A DNA stretch of 61,103 bases from Candidatus Pacearchaeota archaeon (GTDB lineage: Archaea > Nanobdellota > Nanobdellia > Pacearchaeales > GW2011-AR1): positions 1 through 61,103 of the forward strand of contig VGKQ01000004.1 in the NCBI GenBank assembly GCA_016866995.1, written 5' to 3'. The position numbers and the translations under genes were made by a program. Positions 48,509 through 55,986 of this stretch are shown piece after piece. Each line of letters opens with the position of its first letter. The first letter of the stretch is position 1. Below the pieces are notes generated by a model. The model was given only the letters and a program-made list of their open reading frames with translations. It ran no database searches and had not been told where the DNA came from.

Positions 48509-48832
48509 TTATCTCAACACAGCTACATCTACAGGCTTCATATCTCTGTCACCTGCTCCGTCATAGAATTGTTTTATATTAGCCATTTCTGCAATTCTTC
48601 TTAGAAAATCTTTTACTTCTGGAGTTCTATAATTACAACTTGACCAACACTGAACTAAAAGTGGAAAATCTTCTTTAGGAGTATATCTTACAAGACAAAC
48701 TTTGTTATCGCTTAACCATTGTCTATTTGGAAGTTCGCATGAACTATCTTGCATATTAAGCTCTCGACTACATAAATCTGCAAGATTTTCCACTTTATCT
48801 TTTGGAAATGAATCCAACCAATAGTATGCCAT
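48509..48832 (-). CDS. cassette 6 ORF, hypothetical protein
   Basis: 107-aa ORF with no recognisable motif. Confidence 0.6.
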   Translation of the reverse strand: MAYYWLDSFPKDKVENLADLCSRELNMQDSSCELPNRQWLSDNKVCLVRYTPKEDFPLLVQCWSSCNYRTPEVKDFLRRIAEMANIKQFYDGAGDRDMKPVDVAVLR

Positions 48833-48968
48833 GACATTTGAGAACTTCAGACTGCTTATAAATTTTGCCCCTCACTAATTCAAATTTCCCACCCGCCCAC
48901 GCACGATTTTTGAACTCAAAATTCTTTCAGAATTTTTGGGACGCTGCGCTTTCGCTATCGCTCAGGGC

Positions 48969-49086
48969 ACTTAACAGGCATTAACAGGAATTTTACTCGG
49001 CTCGTGATTTTCCCAAATTGAGTTCTCAGCTCTGTTCCCTTCAGTCACGAGGAGAACTCAACTTCTGTTAATATGGGATGTTATGT
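48969..49086 (+). other. attC-like site 6 (118 bp)
   Basis: Structure is ACTTAAC-AGGC-ATTAACAG ... CTGTTAAT-ATGGGAT-GTTATGT. The internal stem is TTGAGTTCTC/GAGAACTCAA. Confidence 0.7.
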
Positions 49087-49127
49087 CTAATTCAAAATTC
49101 GGACTAAAAAAATAGAAACCGAAAGAT

Positions 49128-49601
49128 TTATTCTCTCGGAGAAAAAGTTCCATCACCATTGTTCAATAATTCATAAACGTTTGCAGTTAAATTTCCAACA
49201 TATGAAACAACAACAGCATCTAATCTTCCATCTCCATTCATATCTCCTGTTGCAACACCCGCTCCAGTACCCCATGTTGGAACTGATCCTATTTTTCTAG
49301 TTTTATATTGACCATTTCCTAAATTTTCATTTAAGTAAACGTTTGCAGTTAAATTTCCAACATATGAAACAACAACAGCATCTAATCTTCCATCTCCATT
49401 CATATCTCCTGTTGCAACACCCGTTCCAGTACCCCATGTTGGAACTGATGCAACTGGTTTAGGAGCTGATGCTTTTTCTCCTTCAGATTTTGAACATCCT
49501 ATTGTGCCTAAAGCCAATACTCCTACCAATACAATACTTGTTAATGTTTCTTTAATTATCATACAATTAGATATTAATGGCATGTTTATAAATCTTCCCA
49601 T
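49128..49601 (-). CDS. cassette 7 ORF, lipoprotein-like protein with two FG-GAP/VCBS-type repeats
   Basis: Signal plus LGTIGC lipobox-like motif. The segment VPTWGTG.GVATGDMNGDGRLDAVVVSYVGNLTANVY is repeated twice. Confidence 0.7.
   Translation of the reverse strand: MGRFINMPLISNCMIIKETLTSIVLVGVLALGTIGCSKSEGEKASAPKPVASVPTWGTGTGVATGDMNGDGRLDAVVVSYVGNLTANVYLNENLGNGQYKTRKIGSVPTWGTGAGVATGDMNGDGRLDAVVVSYVGNLTANVYELLNNGDGTFSPRE
49174..49449. repeat. tandem duplication, two 114-nt copies 162 nt apart
   Basis: 49174-49287 and 49336-49449 differ at one position (cccgCtcc versus cccgTtcc). They encode the two FG-GAP-like repeats. Confidence 0.85.
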
Positions 49602-49715
49602 ATTTTTACTACTCTAGAATTAATAATAAAAGCGCGCCCCGTCCCCCGTCCTTAAAATTACTCTAAAATTAATCTTACTTGCCACATTGCATTTTCGGGC
49701 TGATGCCCTCGGGTC

Positions 49716-49741
49716 GCTGAACAGGGCTTAACAGGTTCAGG
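49716..49741 (+). other. terminal truncated attC-like site
   Basis: Reads GCTGAAC-AGGGCTTAACAG-GTTCAGG. The left core plus arm resembles site 6 (AGGCATTAACAG), but it abuts a right core directly. Confidence 0.4.
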
Positions 49742-49827
49742 CTTTGATAGTTGTATAAGTCATCTAACATAATTCCTAAGGGCTTTTTGGGTTTTTAAGG
49801 ATTATATTTACTAGAATTCAATGTTAT

Positions 49828-50985
49828 TTAATCTAAACCCAGTGCTTTGATTATTTCTTCTTTATTGAATTCCTCCAAATCTTTGTAATCCTGCCCTGTT
49901 CCGAGAAATAAGATTGGCTTTCCTGTCACATAACTGACACTTAAACTTGTTCCGCCTTTTTCATCAACATCCTGCTTGCTTAGAATTATTCCATCAATTC
50001 CAACTGCCTGGTTAAATGTCTTGGCTTGTTCTGTCGCATCATTTCCTGTTATGGCTTCTCCTACAAATAATTTCAAGTCTGGCTTGCTTACTCGAATAAT
50101 TTTTTCCATTTCCTTGAGAAGACTTGAGTTAGTGTACATTCTTCCTGCTGTGTCTACAAGAACAACTTTTATTTTTCTTGCCTTTGCATATTCTATTGCA
50201 TCATATGCAACTGCTGCCGGGTCTGAGCCGTATGTTTGTTTTATTACTTTAATTCTGAGCTTTTCTCCATGCTTGACAAGCTGCTCAATGCTTGCTGCTC
50301 TAAATGTGTCTGCTGCTGCGAAAACACTTGAGATTTTATTCTGTTTTAAGAAACTTGCGAGCTTAGCAATTGTTGTTGTTTTTCCGCTTCCATTTATCCC
50401 AAAGAAAACAATAACAAATACACCTTCTTTGCTTTTTATTTTCTCGATTAAATTAAAACCCTGAATAAATAAACTTGAGAGCGAGTTTTTAAGAGCTGTT
50501 TTTATTGCTTCTTCAACCTCTTCTTTTTTTACTTCCTTGTCAACAAGTTCTTTTTTCAAGTTCTCGCGCAAGTAATCAACAACATCAAGAGCGACATTAT
50601 TTTCAAGCAAAATATTTTCTAAACTCTCAAATAACTCTGAAAAATCTTGTTCTGTTATTCTGTATTTTCTTGACAACCCAATTCTCTCCCAGAATGATTT
50701 TTTTTCTTCTGTTTCTTTTTTTTCTTTTTCCTGCTTGATTTGTTCAATAATTTCATCAGGGCGCGGAATAGGCCTTATTTCTTCTCCTTTTTCTTTCTTG
50801 ATATCTTCTATTAAATCACTTGAAATTTTTCTTTCTTCTTCCAGCTCTTTTTTTGTCCGTATTTTATGTTCAATTTTTTCTTTTGGCTTTTTTTCCTTGA
50901 TTTTCTTTTCTTCTTTTTTTGGTTTCAGAACTACAACTTTCGGCTTTATCCATGATTTCAGCTTATCTTTCAGGAAATTGAACAT
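49828..50985 (-). CDS. ftsY: signal recognition particle receptor FtsY
   Basis: Lys/Glu-rich N-terminus. NG domain with GINGSGKTTTIAKLA, DTAGR and SKQDVDEKGG. Confidence 0.93.
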   Translation of the reverse strand: MFNFLKDKLKSWIKPKVVVLKPKKEEKKIKEKKPKEKIEHKIRTKKELEEERKISSDLIEDIKKEKGEEIRPIPRPDEIIEQIKQEKEKKETEEKKSFWERIGLSRKYRITEQDFSELFESLENILLENNVALDVVDYLRENLKKELVDKEVKKEEVEEAIKTALKNSLSSLFIQGFNLIEKIKSKEGVFVIVFFGINGSGKTTTIAKLASFLKQNKISSVFAAADTFRAASIEQLVKHGEKLRIKVIKQTYGSDPAAVAYDAIEYAKARKIKVVLVDTAGRMYTNSSLLKEMEKIIRVSKPDLKLFVGEAITGNDATEQAKTFNQAVGIDGIILSKQDVDEKGGTSLSVSYVTGKPILFLGTGQDYKDLEEFNKEEIIKALGLD

Positions 50986-51107
50986 AAATATAGATATTTA
51001 TTGTAGTTTTTAATATTAACTATAATTCCTTAGTTATTTGTTTAACATAATTTTGGATAATTTTATATAGTAGATTTATCTTTTATTTGCACAAAAAAGA
51101 GGAAATT

Positions 51108-51680
51108 ATGAAGTGTAAAATTTACTTGTTCAGGCATGGCATGACTGCTGACAACGAAGAAGGAATTTTTTCTGGCTGGAGAGATGTTTCTTTAAGCAGA
51201 AGAGGAATTAGAGATGCGAAAATTATTGCTTTAAGATTGCGAGATAAAAAGTTTGCGCTTGCTTTTCAGTCTGACTTGCTGAGAAGCAGGCAGACATTGA
51301 GAGAAGTTTTGAAATTTCATAAGCATGTTAAAATAATAACTGACAAGAGAATTAGAGAGAGAAATTATGGGAATTTGCAAGGACACACTCATCTTGAGAT
51401 TGTTCAGAAATATGGATACAAAAAATATGATTTGTGGCATAGAGGATATAAAAACAGGCCTCCTGAAGGAGAAAGCTTTGAGGATGTTGATAAAAGAGTT
51501 TTGTCTTTTATTAAATACTTGCTGGAAATAATGAGAGATGAAAAAGTTTCTGTTGCTATTTCTGCTCATAATAATTCAATGAGGCCGTTCAGAAAGTATT
51601 TTGAAAAATTGAGCCAGGAAGAAATGTGCACTTTGTACAATGATTATGAGTCTGTATATGAGTATGAGGTTGAAGTTTAG
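51108..51680 (+). CDS. histidine phosphatase family protein (phosphoglycerate-mutase-like)
   Basis: RHG motif (IYLFRHGMTADN) and a later SAHNNSMR His motif. The ATG at 51108 is preceded by aagagga. Confidence 0.8.
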   Translation: MKCKIYLFRHGMTADNEEGIFSGWRDVSLSRRGIRDAKIIALRLRDKKFALAFQSDLLRSRQTLREVLKFHKHVKIITDKRIRERNYGNLQGHTHLEIVQKYGYKKYDLWHRGYKNRPPEGESFEDVDKRVLSFIKYLLEIMRDEKVSVAISAHNNSMRPFRKYFEKLSQEEMCTLYNDYESVYEYEVEV

Positions 51681-51840
51681 ATTTTTTATCTCTTATTAAT
51701 GCCACCAAACCTTATTTATTTGTTTTTATTAGTTAACTTCATGGGCTTTTTTTATTAATTAGGTTATGTTCTATTTCAGCATAATAATTCTTATAAATGA
51801 AAATTAACTAGCAGAAATATAAAAATTTGAAGAATATAGT

Positions 51841-52398
51841 ATGATAACATATAATGATTTATACGAGCTTTTGAGAAAGGAAAGATATTCTGAGCAGATA
51901 CAAATCCTGCCCGGAAGTTTTTTTGATGATGTAAGAGACTATTTTGAGGACAAAAAACAGATGACTTTGAAAGATACAGACATGTTTTCAGATGCTGTAA
52001 TCAAGTCAAAGAAGCAGTTTGAAAATGCAATAAGCATATTCCGAGAGCTTATGCTTAGAAGAAGAAAGAAGCTCTTGAATCTGGCTTTTGTTGCTGCTGA
52101 GACTGGAATTTCAAAGAGAGATTTTGAGAATATGCTTGATTTTGAGAGAGAGCTTTTTGAGAAGATAATAAAAAGCATGGAAGACACTGAAAAGAAAATA
52201 TCTGAATTTTTAAACGGGAAGAAGCAGGAACAAGAGAAGAACAGGATGATTGTTTTTAAGGAAGATACTTCTGAATTTCTTGGCACAGAAGGAGAGATGA
52301 TAGGACCTTTCAAAAAAGGAGATATTGCGAATCTTCCTGTTGAGATTGTGAAAATTCTGGAGACAGCAGGGAAAATTGAGAAAATAGAGGATAACTAA
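51841..52398 (+). CDS. GINS-subunit-like replication protein (tentative)
   Basis: 185-aa helical protein. N-terminal YNDLYELLRKERYSEQIQILPGSFFDDV and C-terminal GPFKKGDIANLPVEIVKILETAGKIE resemble archaeal Gins15/51, from memory. Confidence 0.45.
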   Translation: MITYNDLYELLRKERYSEQIQILPGSFFDDVRDYFEDKKQMTLKDTDMFSDAVIKSKKQFENAISIFRELMLRRRKKLLNLAFVAAETGISKRDFENMLDFERELFEKIIKSMEDTEKKISEFLNGKKQEQEKNRMIVFKEDTSEFLGTEGEMIGPFKKGDIANLPVEIVKILETAGKIEKIEDN

Positions 52399-52483
52399 GC
52401 CTGTAGAGAGATTCGAACTCCCGACCCCCGGTTTTCTTGCATTGATACAAAACCGATGCTCTGACCAGCTGAGCTATACAGGC
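52398..52483 (-). tRNA. tRNA-Thr (anticodon UGU) with a 12-nt intron at 37/38
   Basis: Acceptor GCCTGTA/TACAGGC, D arm GCTC-AGCTGGTCA-GAGC, anticodon stem TCGGT/ACCGG, loop TTTGTA|TCAATGCAAGAA|A, T arm GGGAG-TTCGAAT-CTCTC. Its 3' end touches the stop codon of the upstream gene. Confidence 0.85.
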
Positions 52484-52662
52484 TTGAAAATATGAGAAAA
52501 AGATTATTTTTAAGGTTTTGTATCTTTTATGCTTCTTAGCTTGAACTTAACTTTGTTTTTGATTTAGAAGACATTTATTAGCTTAATTTAACCTGATTAT
52601 TGATTTAAAATTTAAGATAGTTTAGGTGTTATTAATAATGAGAATAATTAAAGTAAATAGAA

Positions 52663-53241
52663 TTATTCCTTTTTTTCTTCTTTCTTCTCTATAATTTTTT
52701 CAACTTCTATTTTTGGCTTTTCTTTTTCTATATTAATCTTACGGATTTCGCAGAGAGCAAGAGGGTAGATTTTTTTTAACTTGAGGGAGAGAGATTTTTG
52801 GATTTTATTGCCTATTATGTCAAGAAAAATATCATCTCTAACTTTGTCTTTTGCGTATTCTTGCAAATATTTTCTTCCTTCTTCTCTAAGTGCTTTTCTT
52901 ACAGCTCTTGTAACTTTTTTTCTTGTGATTAAGAATATCTTCATCCTGAGAAAGGAATCAGAACACTCGCAGGAAAATGAATCCTCAACATAAGAAACAG
53001 ATTTTCTCATCATTCTTCTTATGAAAAATGGGAATACTGAAATTTTTTTTATATATCCTGAAGCTTTTCCATTTTCCATTTTTATCTGGAAAACTGCCTC
53101 GAGGCTTTTTCCCTTCAGCATTCGCGTCAAGTCGAGCTTTATTGTTCTCTTGTCAAGCTGCTCAATTGTATATGAAAGAAGCTTTACTTTTTCATTTATT
53201 AATTCAAGTTCAACATCAAAAAATTTCTTTTTTTCAGCCAT
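52663..53241 (-). CDS. 30S ribosomal protein eS1 (S3Ae)
   Basis: The motifs FFDVELELI..., FIRRMMRKSVSYVEDSF..., ITRKKVTRAVRKALREE and KKIYPLALCEIRKI match the S3Ae pattern. Confidence 0.82.
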   Translation of the reverse strand: MAEKKKFFDVELELINEKVKLLSYTIEQLDKRTIKLDLTRMLKGKSLEAVFQIKMENGKASGYIKKISVFPFFIRRMMRKSVSYVEDSFSCECSDSFLRMKIFLITRKKVTRAVRKALREEGRKYLQEYAKDKVRDDIFLDIIGNKIQKSLSLKLKKIYPLALCEIRKINIEKEKPKIEVEKIIEKKEEKKE

Positions 53242-53249
53242 TTTTTAAT

Positions 53250-53576
53250 TTATTTTTTCTGGGGCTCCTCTATCTGAATTTTACTTACCCTTCTTGAGAA
53301 ACTTGATGGCTTGCTTTTCTTGCAAGTTTGGCAAGTGTATAAGACAACAAGCCTTTTTGTTGATTTTGTCTTTCTTTTCCATTTTGTCACAGCCGGCTTG
53401 CTTCCCCATCTTCCAAGATTTCCATGTCCTCTTCCCTTTCCCCTTAATTTTGCCCTTAGCAAGCTTCCCCATTTCAAACTTCCTCTTTTATGTCCTGTGC
53501 TTACTAATTCTATCTTCTGCTCTGTCTGCTTCTTGCAGTACGGGCAAAATCTTTTTGTTTTTTTCGGCAGTTTCAT
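53250..53576 (-). CDS. 50S ribosomal protein eL42 (L44e)
   Basis: MKLPKKTKRFCPYCKKQTEQKIE ... YTCQTCKKS shows the paired CxxC zinc ribbon typical of L44e. Confidence 0.82.
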   Translation of the reverse strand: MKLPKKTKRFCPYCKKQTEQKIELVSTGHKRGSLKWGSLLRAKLRGKGRGHGNLGRWGSKPAVTKWKRKTKSTKRLVVLYTCQTCKKSKPSSFSRRVSKIQIEEPQKK

Positions 53577-53618
53577 GATATTTCGATATAAAGATGGTTT
53601 TTAAATTTAATGATAAAA

Positions 53619-53713
53619 TGGACCCGCGCAGAATTGAACTGCGGATCTCATCGACGTCAACGATGCGTCATTTATGGGCTTATTAAATAAGCTAACCACT
53701 AGACCACGGGTCC
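53619..53713 (-). tRNA. tRNA-Val (anticodon GAC) with a 23-nt intron in the D arm
   Basis: Acceptor GGACCCG/CGGGTCC. D stem GTCT paired with A|intron GCTTATTTAATAAGCCCATAAAT|GAC. Anticodon arm CATCG-TTGACGT-CGATG. T arm CGCAG-TTCAATT-CTGCG. Confidence 0.78.
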
Positions 53714-53867
53714 ATATTTATACTCATATTAAGCAGATTATAAACCTTTTTCTGCTTAATGTTCTTATTAACTTACTAAGTAAATTAATTAATAATAAGA
53801 TTTAAATACAAGATTTTGTTCTTTTAATAAGGAAAAACAAGTCTGAAGAAATAAAAAAGAGGCAAGA

Positions 53868-53999
53868 ATGAAAAAGTATCTGCTTTTAATTGAAGATGAA
53901 AAATTGTGGGAGAAGTTTAAAGAGTTTATTGAGAAAGATATTAATACAGAAATTATGATGCTGATAAAAAAGAAAGTGGAGAAGAAAAAAGATGAATAG
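53868..53999 (+). CDS. small hypothetical protein (43 aa, tentative)
   Basis: Translates to MKKYLLLIEDEKLWEKFKEFIEKDINTEIMMLIKKKVEKKKDE. Its stop overlaps the ATG at 53992 of the next gene. Confidence 0.35.
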   Translation: MKKYLLLIEDEKLWEKFKEFIEKDINTEIMMLIKKKVEKKKDE

Positions 54000-55839
54000 C
54001 AAAATGAAAAATAAAGGGCAAATCACAGTTTTTATCATAATAGCAATTGTAATTGTGGCGGGAATTGCAATATTTTTTGTTTTCAGGGACAAGATTTTTG
54101 TCAGCAAACTTCCTGCAAGATTCCAGCCAATTGAGAATTATTTTCTGACATGCATTGAGGATAAAGCAATAGAGGCAAAGAATATTCTTGGACAACAGGG
54201 CGGATACATTTATCCTCCTGAATTTCAGGCTGGCTCGAGCTTTTCACCATTTTCAAACATGCTTGACTTTTACGGCTCAGGTGTTCCATACTGGTATTAT
54301 ATTTCAGGAAATAATCTTGTAAAAGAGCAAGTGCCAGGCAGGCAGAAAATGGAAGACCAGCTTGATAAATATATTGAAGAAAATCTTGATTGTGATTTTT
54401 CAGGCTATGAACAGCAAGGGTATACAATAAATTTTTCAAAGCCGAAAGTAAGCACAACAATAAATGATTATGACATTCAGGTTAATGTGCAGTCTGATTT
54501 GGACATGTCAAGAGAAAGCGAAAGTGCAAGACAGACAAGCCATAAGACAAGCATAAGCACGAGAACAGGGAAGTTTTATTCTGAAGCCCTGAAGATTTAC
54601 AATTACGAGAAGCAGAATTCATTTCTTGAAAATTATGCTGTTGATGTTCTGAGAAATTATGCTCCTGTAGATGGTGTTGAGATTTCATGCTCTCCAAAGA
54701 CATGGAATGCAAGAAGTGTTTTCTTGAATCTGCAGGAGGCATTGGAGGCAAACATGCAGGCAATTAATGCCCAGGGAAAAAGCAAAGAAAAATATTTTAA
54801 CTTGGACTTGACTGACGAGCAAGTTAATTTTATGTATAATGCAAACTGGCCGAGCAAAATGGAAGTCTGGAATGCTGACAATGGAATTATGATTGCAGAA
54901 CCAGTAGGAACCCAGGCAGGATTGGGAATACTTGGATTCTGCTATGTTCCGTATCATTTTGTTTATGATATTAAGTATCCGGTTCTTGTACAGATATTTA
55001 ATGAGAATGAGATTTTCCAGTTTCCTGTTGCAGTCATTATTGACAAGAACAAGCCGAGAAATGCCTTAAATGCAACTGCTATTCCTGAAGAGACAGAATT
55101 GTGCAATTATATGAACTCTGATATCTCTGTTTACTCCTATGATAATAAGCTTGAGCCAGTTGAGGCAGATATTAGCTTTGAATGTTTGGGAGAGAGATGT
55201 GATATTGGCAGAACTGTAATAAATAATGAAGCTGATGAAGCTGTTCTAAAAGGCAAATTCCCGCAATGTATTAATGGATTTATAACTGCAAAAGCTGATG
55301 GTTATGCAAGAAAAAGAGTTCAATTTTCATCAAATATTGAAGGAAGCGTTGACATTGTCCTTGACAAGCTTTTCAATGTAACTGTAAATTTGAAAGTTGA
55401 TAATAAAGATACTGATGATTTTGCTGTAATTACATTTTTAGGAGAAAATGGAAGGACTTTAGTATGGCCTGAGCAGAAGGAATTACAGCTTTCAGAGGGA
55501 TTTTACAATATCTCTGTTTTTGTCTACAGGAATTCATCAATAATCATTCCTGGAACTAAGAGCGAGAAGTGTGCAGAGGTTCCTAAATCAGGAATACTTG
55601 GAGTATTTGGGGCAACAGAAGAAAAATGCTTTACAGTTGATATTCCCTCTCAAACATTAACAAGCCTGGTTTCGGGCGGGGGGAAGACACAGGATTATTT
55701 CACAGATGACATGCTTGAAAAAGGAGTTTTAGAAGTGCAAACCAGCAGCATTCCTGTGCCAAGAAGCATAGAACAGCTTCAAGAAAGCTATATGCAGTTG
55801 GAAGTAAATTCAGTTTATATTGAGGCAAAAGAAGAATAA
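53992..55839 (+). CDS. secreted or anchored protein with class III (type IV pilin-like) signal peptide
   Basis: The N-terminus MNSKMKNKGQITVFIIIAIVIVAGIAIFFVF has a KG|Q motif followed by a hydrophobic helix. 615 aa with no other recognised domain. Confidence 0.72.
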   Translation: MNSKMKNKGQITVFIIIAIVIVAGIAIFFVFRDKIFVSKLPARFQPIENYFLTCIEDKAIEAKNILGQQGGYIYPPEFQAGSSFSPFSNMLDFYGSGVPYWYYISGNNLVKEQVPGRQKMEDQLDKYIEENLDCDFSGYEQQGYTINFSKPKVSTTINDYDIQVNVQSDLDMSRESESARQTSHKTSISTRTGKFYSEALKIYNYEKQNSFLENYAVDVLRNYAPVDGVEISCSPKTWNARSVFLNLQEALEANMQAINAQGKSKEKYFNLDLTDEQVNFMYNANWPSKMEVWNADNGIMIAEPVGTQAGLGILGFCYVPYHFVYDIKYPVLVQIFNENEIFQFPVAVIIDKNKPRNALNATAIPEETELCNYMNSDISVYSYDNKLEPVEADISFECLGERCDIGRTVINNEADEAVLKGKFPQCINGFITAKADGYARKRVQFSSNIEGSVDIVLDKLFNVTVNLKVDNKDTDDFAVITFLGENGRTLVWPEQKELQLSEGFYNISVFVYRNSSIIIPGTKSEKCAEVPKSGILGVFGATEEKCFTVDIPSQTLTSLVSGGGKTQDYFTDDMLEKGVLEVQTSSIPVPRSIEQLQESYMQLEVNSVYIEAKEE

Positions 55840-55888
55840 AAAATAAACAAAAATATAGGCAAATAAATTTGCAAGATAAAATAAAATA

Positions 55889-55977
55889 CAAAATGAAACA
55901 AAATAAAATGAAACAAAATTAAACACAAGAAAATATAAAAAATAAAAAACAAAATTAAACACAAGAAAATATAAAAA
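55889..55977 (+). repeat. A-rich direct repeats duplicating the downstream start region
   Basis: aaatgaaacaaaat occurs twice in tandem (55891 and 55906). The 29-mer acaaaattaaacacaagaaaatataaaaa occurs twice (55913 and 55949). The true gene start atgaaacaaaaa is at 55987. Confidence 0.8.
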
Positions 55978-55986
55978 TATTAAAAA

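Larger units (their letters stand above)
44194..49741 (+). mobile_element. integron-like gene-cassette array (seven cassettes)
   Basis: Seven single-ORF units are separated by attC-like imperfect palindromes. Inferred cassette limits (G|TT rule) are 44195-45160, 45161-45828, 45829-46744, 46745-47467, 47468-48491, 48492-49080 and 49081-49735. Confidence 0.7.

Noticed and set aside
44970-49800. Interpreting the inter-ORF palindromes as ordinary transcription terminators, REP elements or tRNA fragments.
   Set aside because: All sites share conserved AAC/GTT cores, conserved inner arms with variable centres, and the same left/right spacer asymmetry regardless of ORF strand. They are confined to one locus beside a recombinase, and none folds as a cloverleaf. 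This interpretation is not fully excluded without a genome-wide search.
55889-55977. Short direct repeats that could hint at a CRISPR array.
   Set aside because: There are only two copies each. The repeats are A-rich, not palindromic, and have unequal spacing. No cas genes are present. They duplicate the adjacent gene start.
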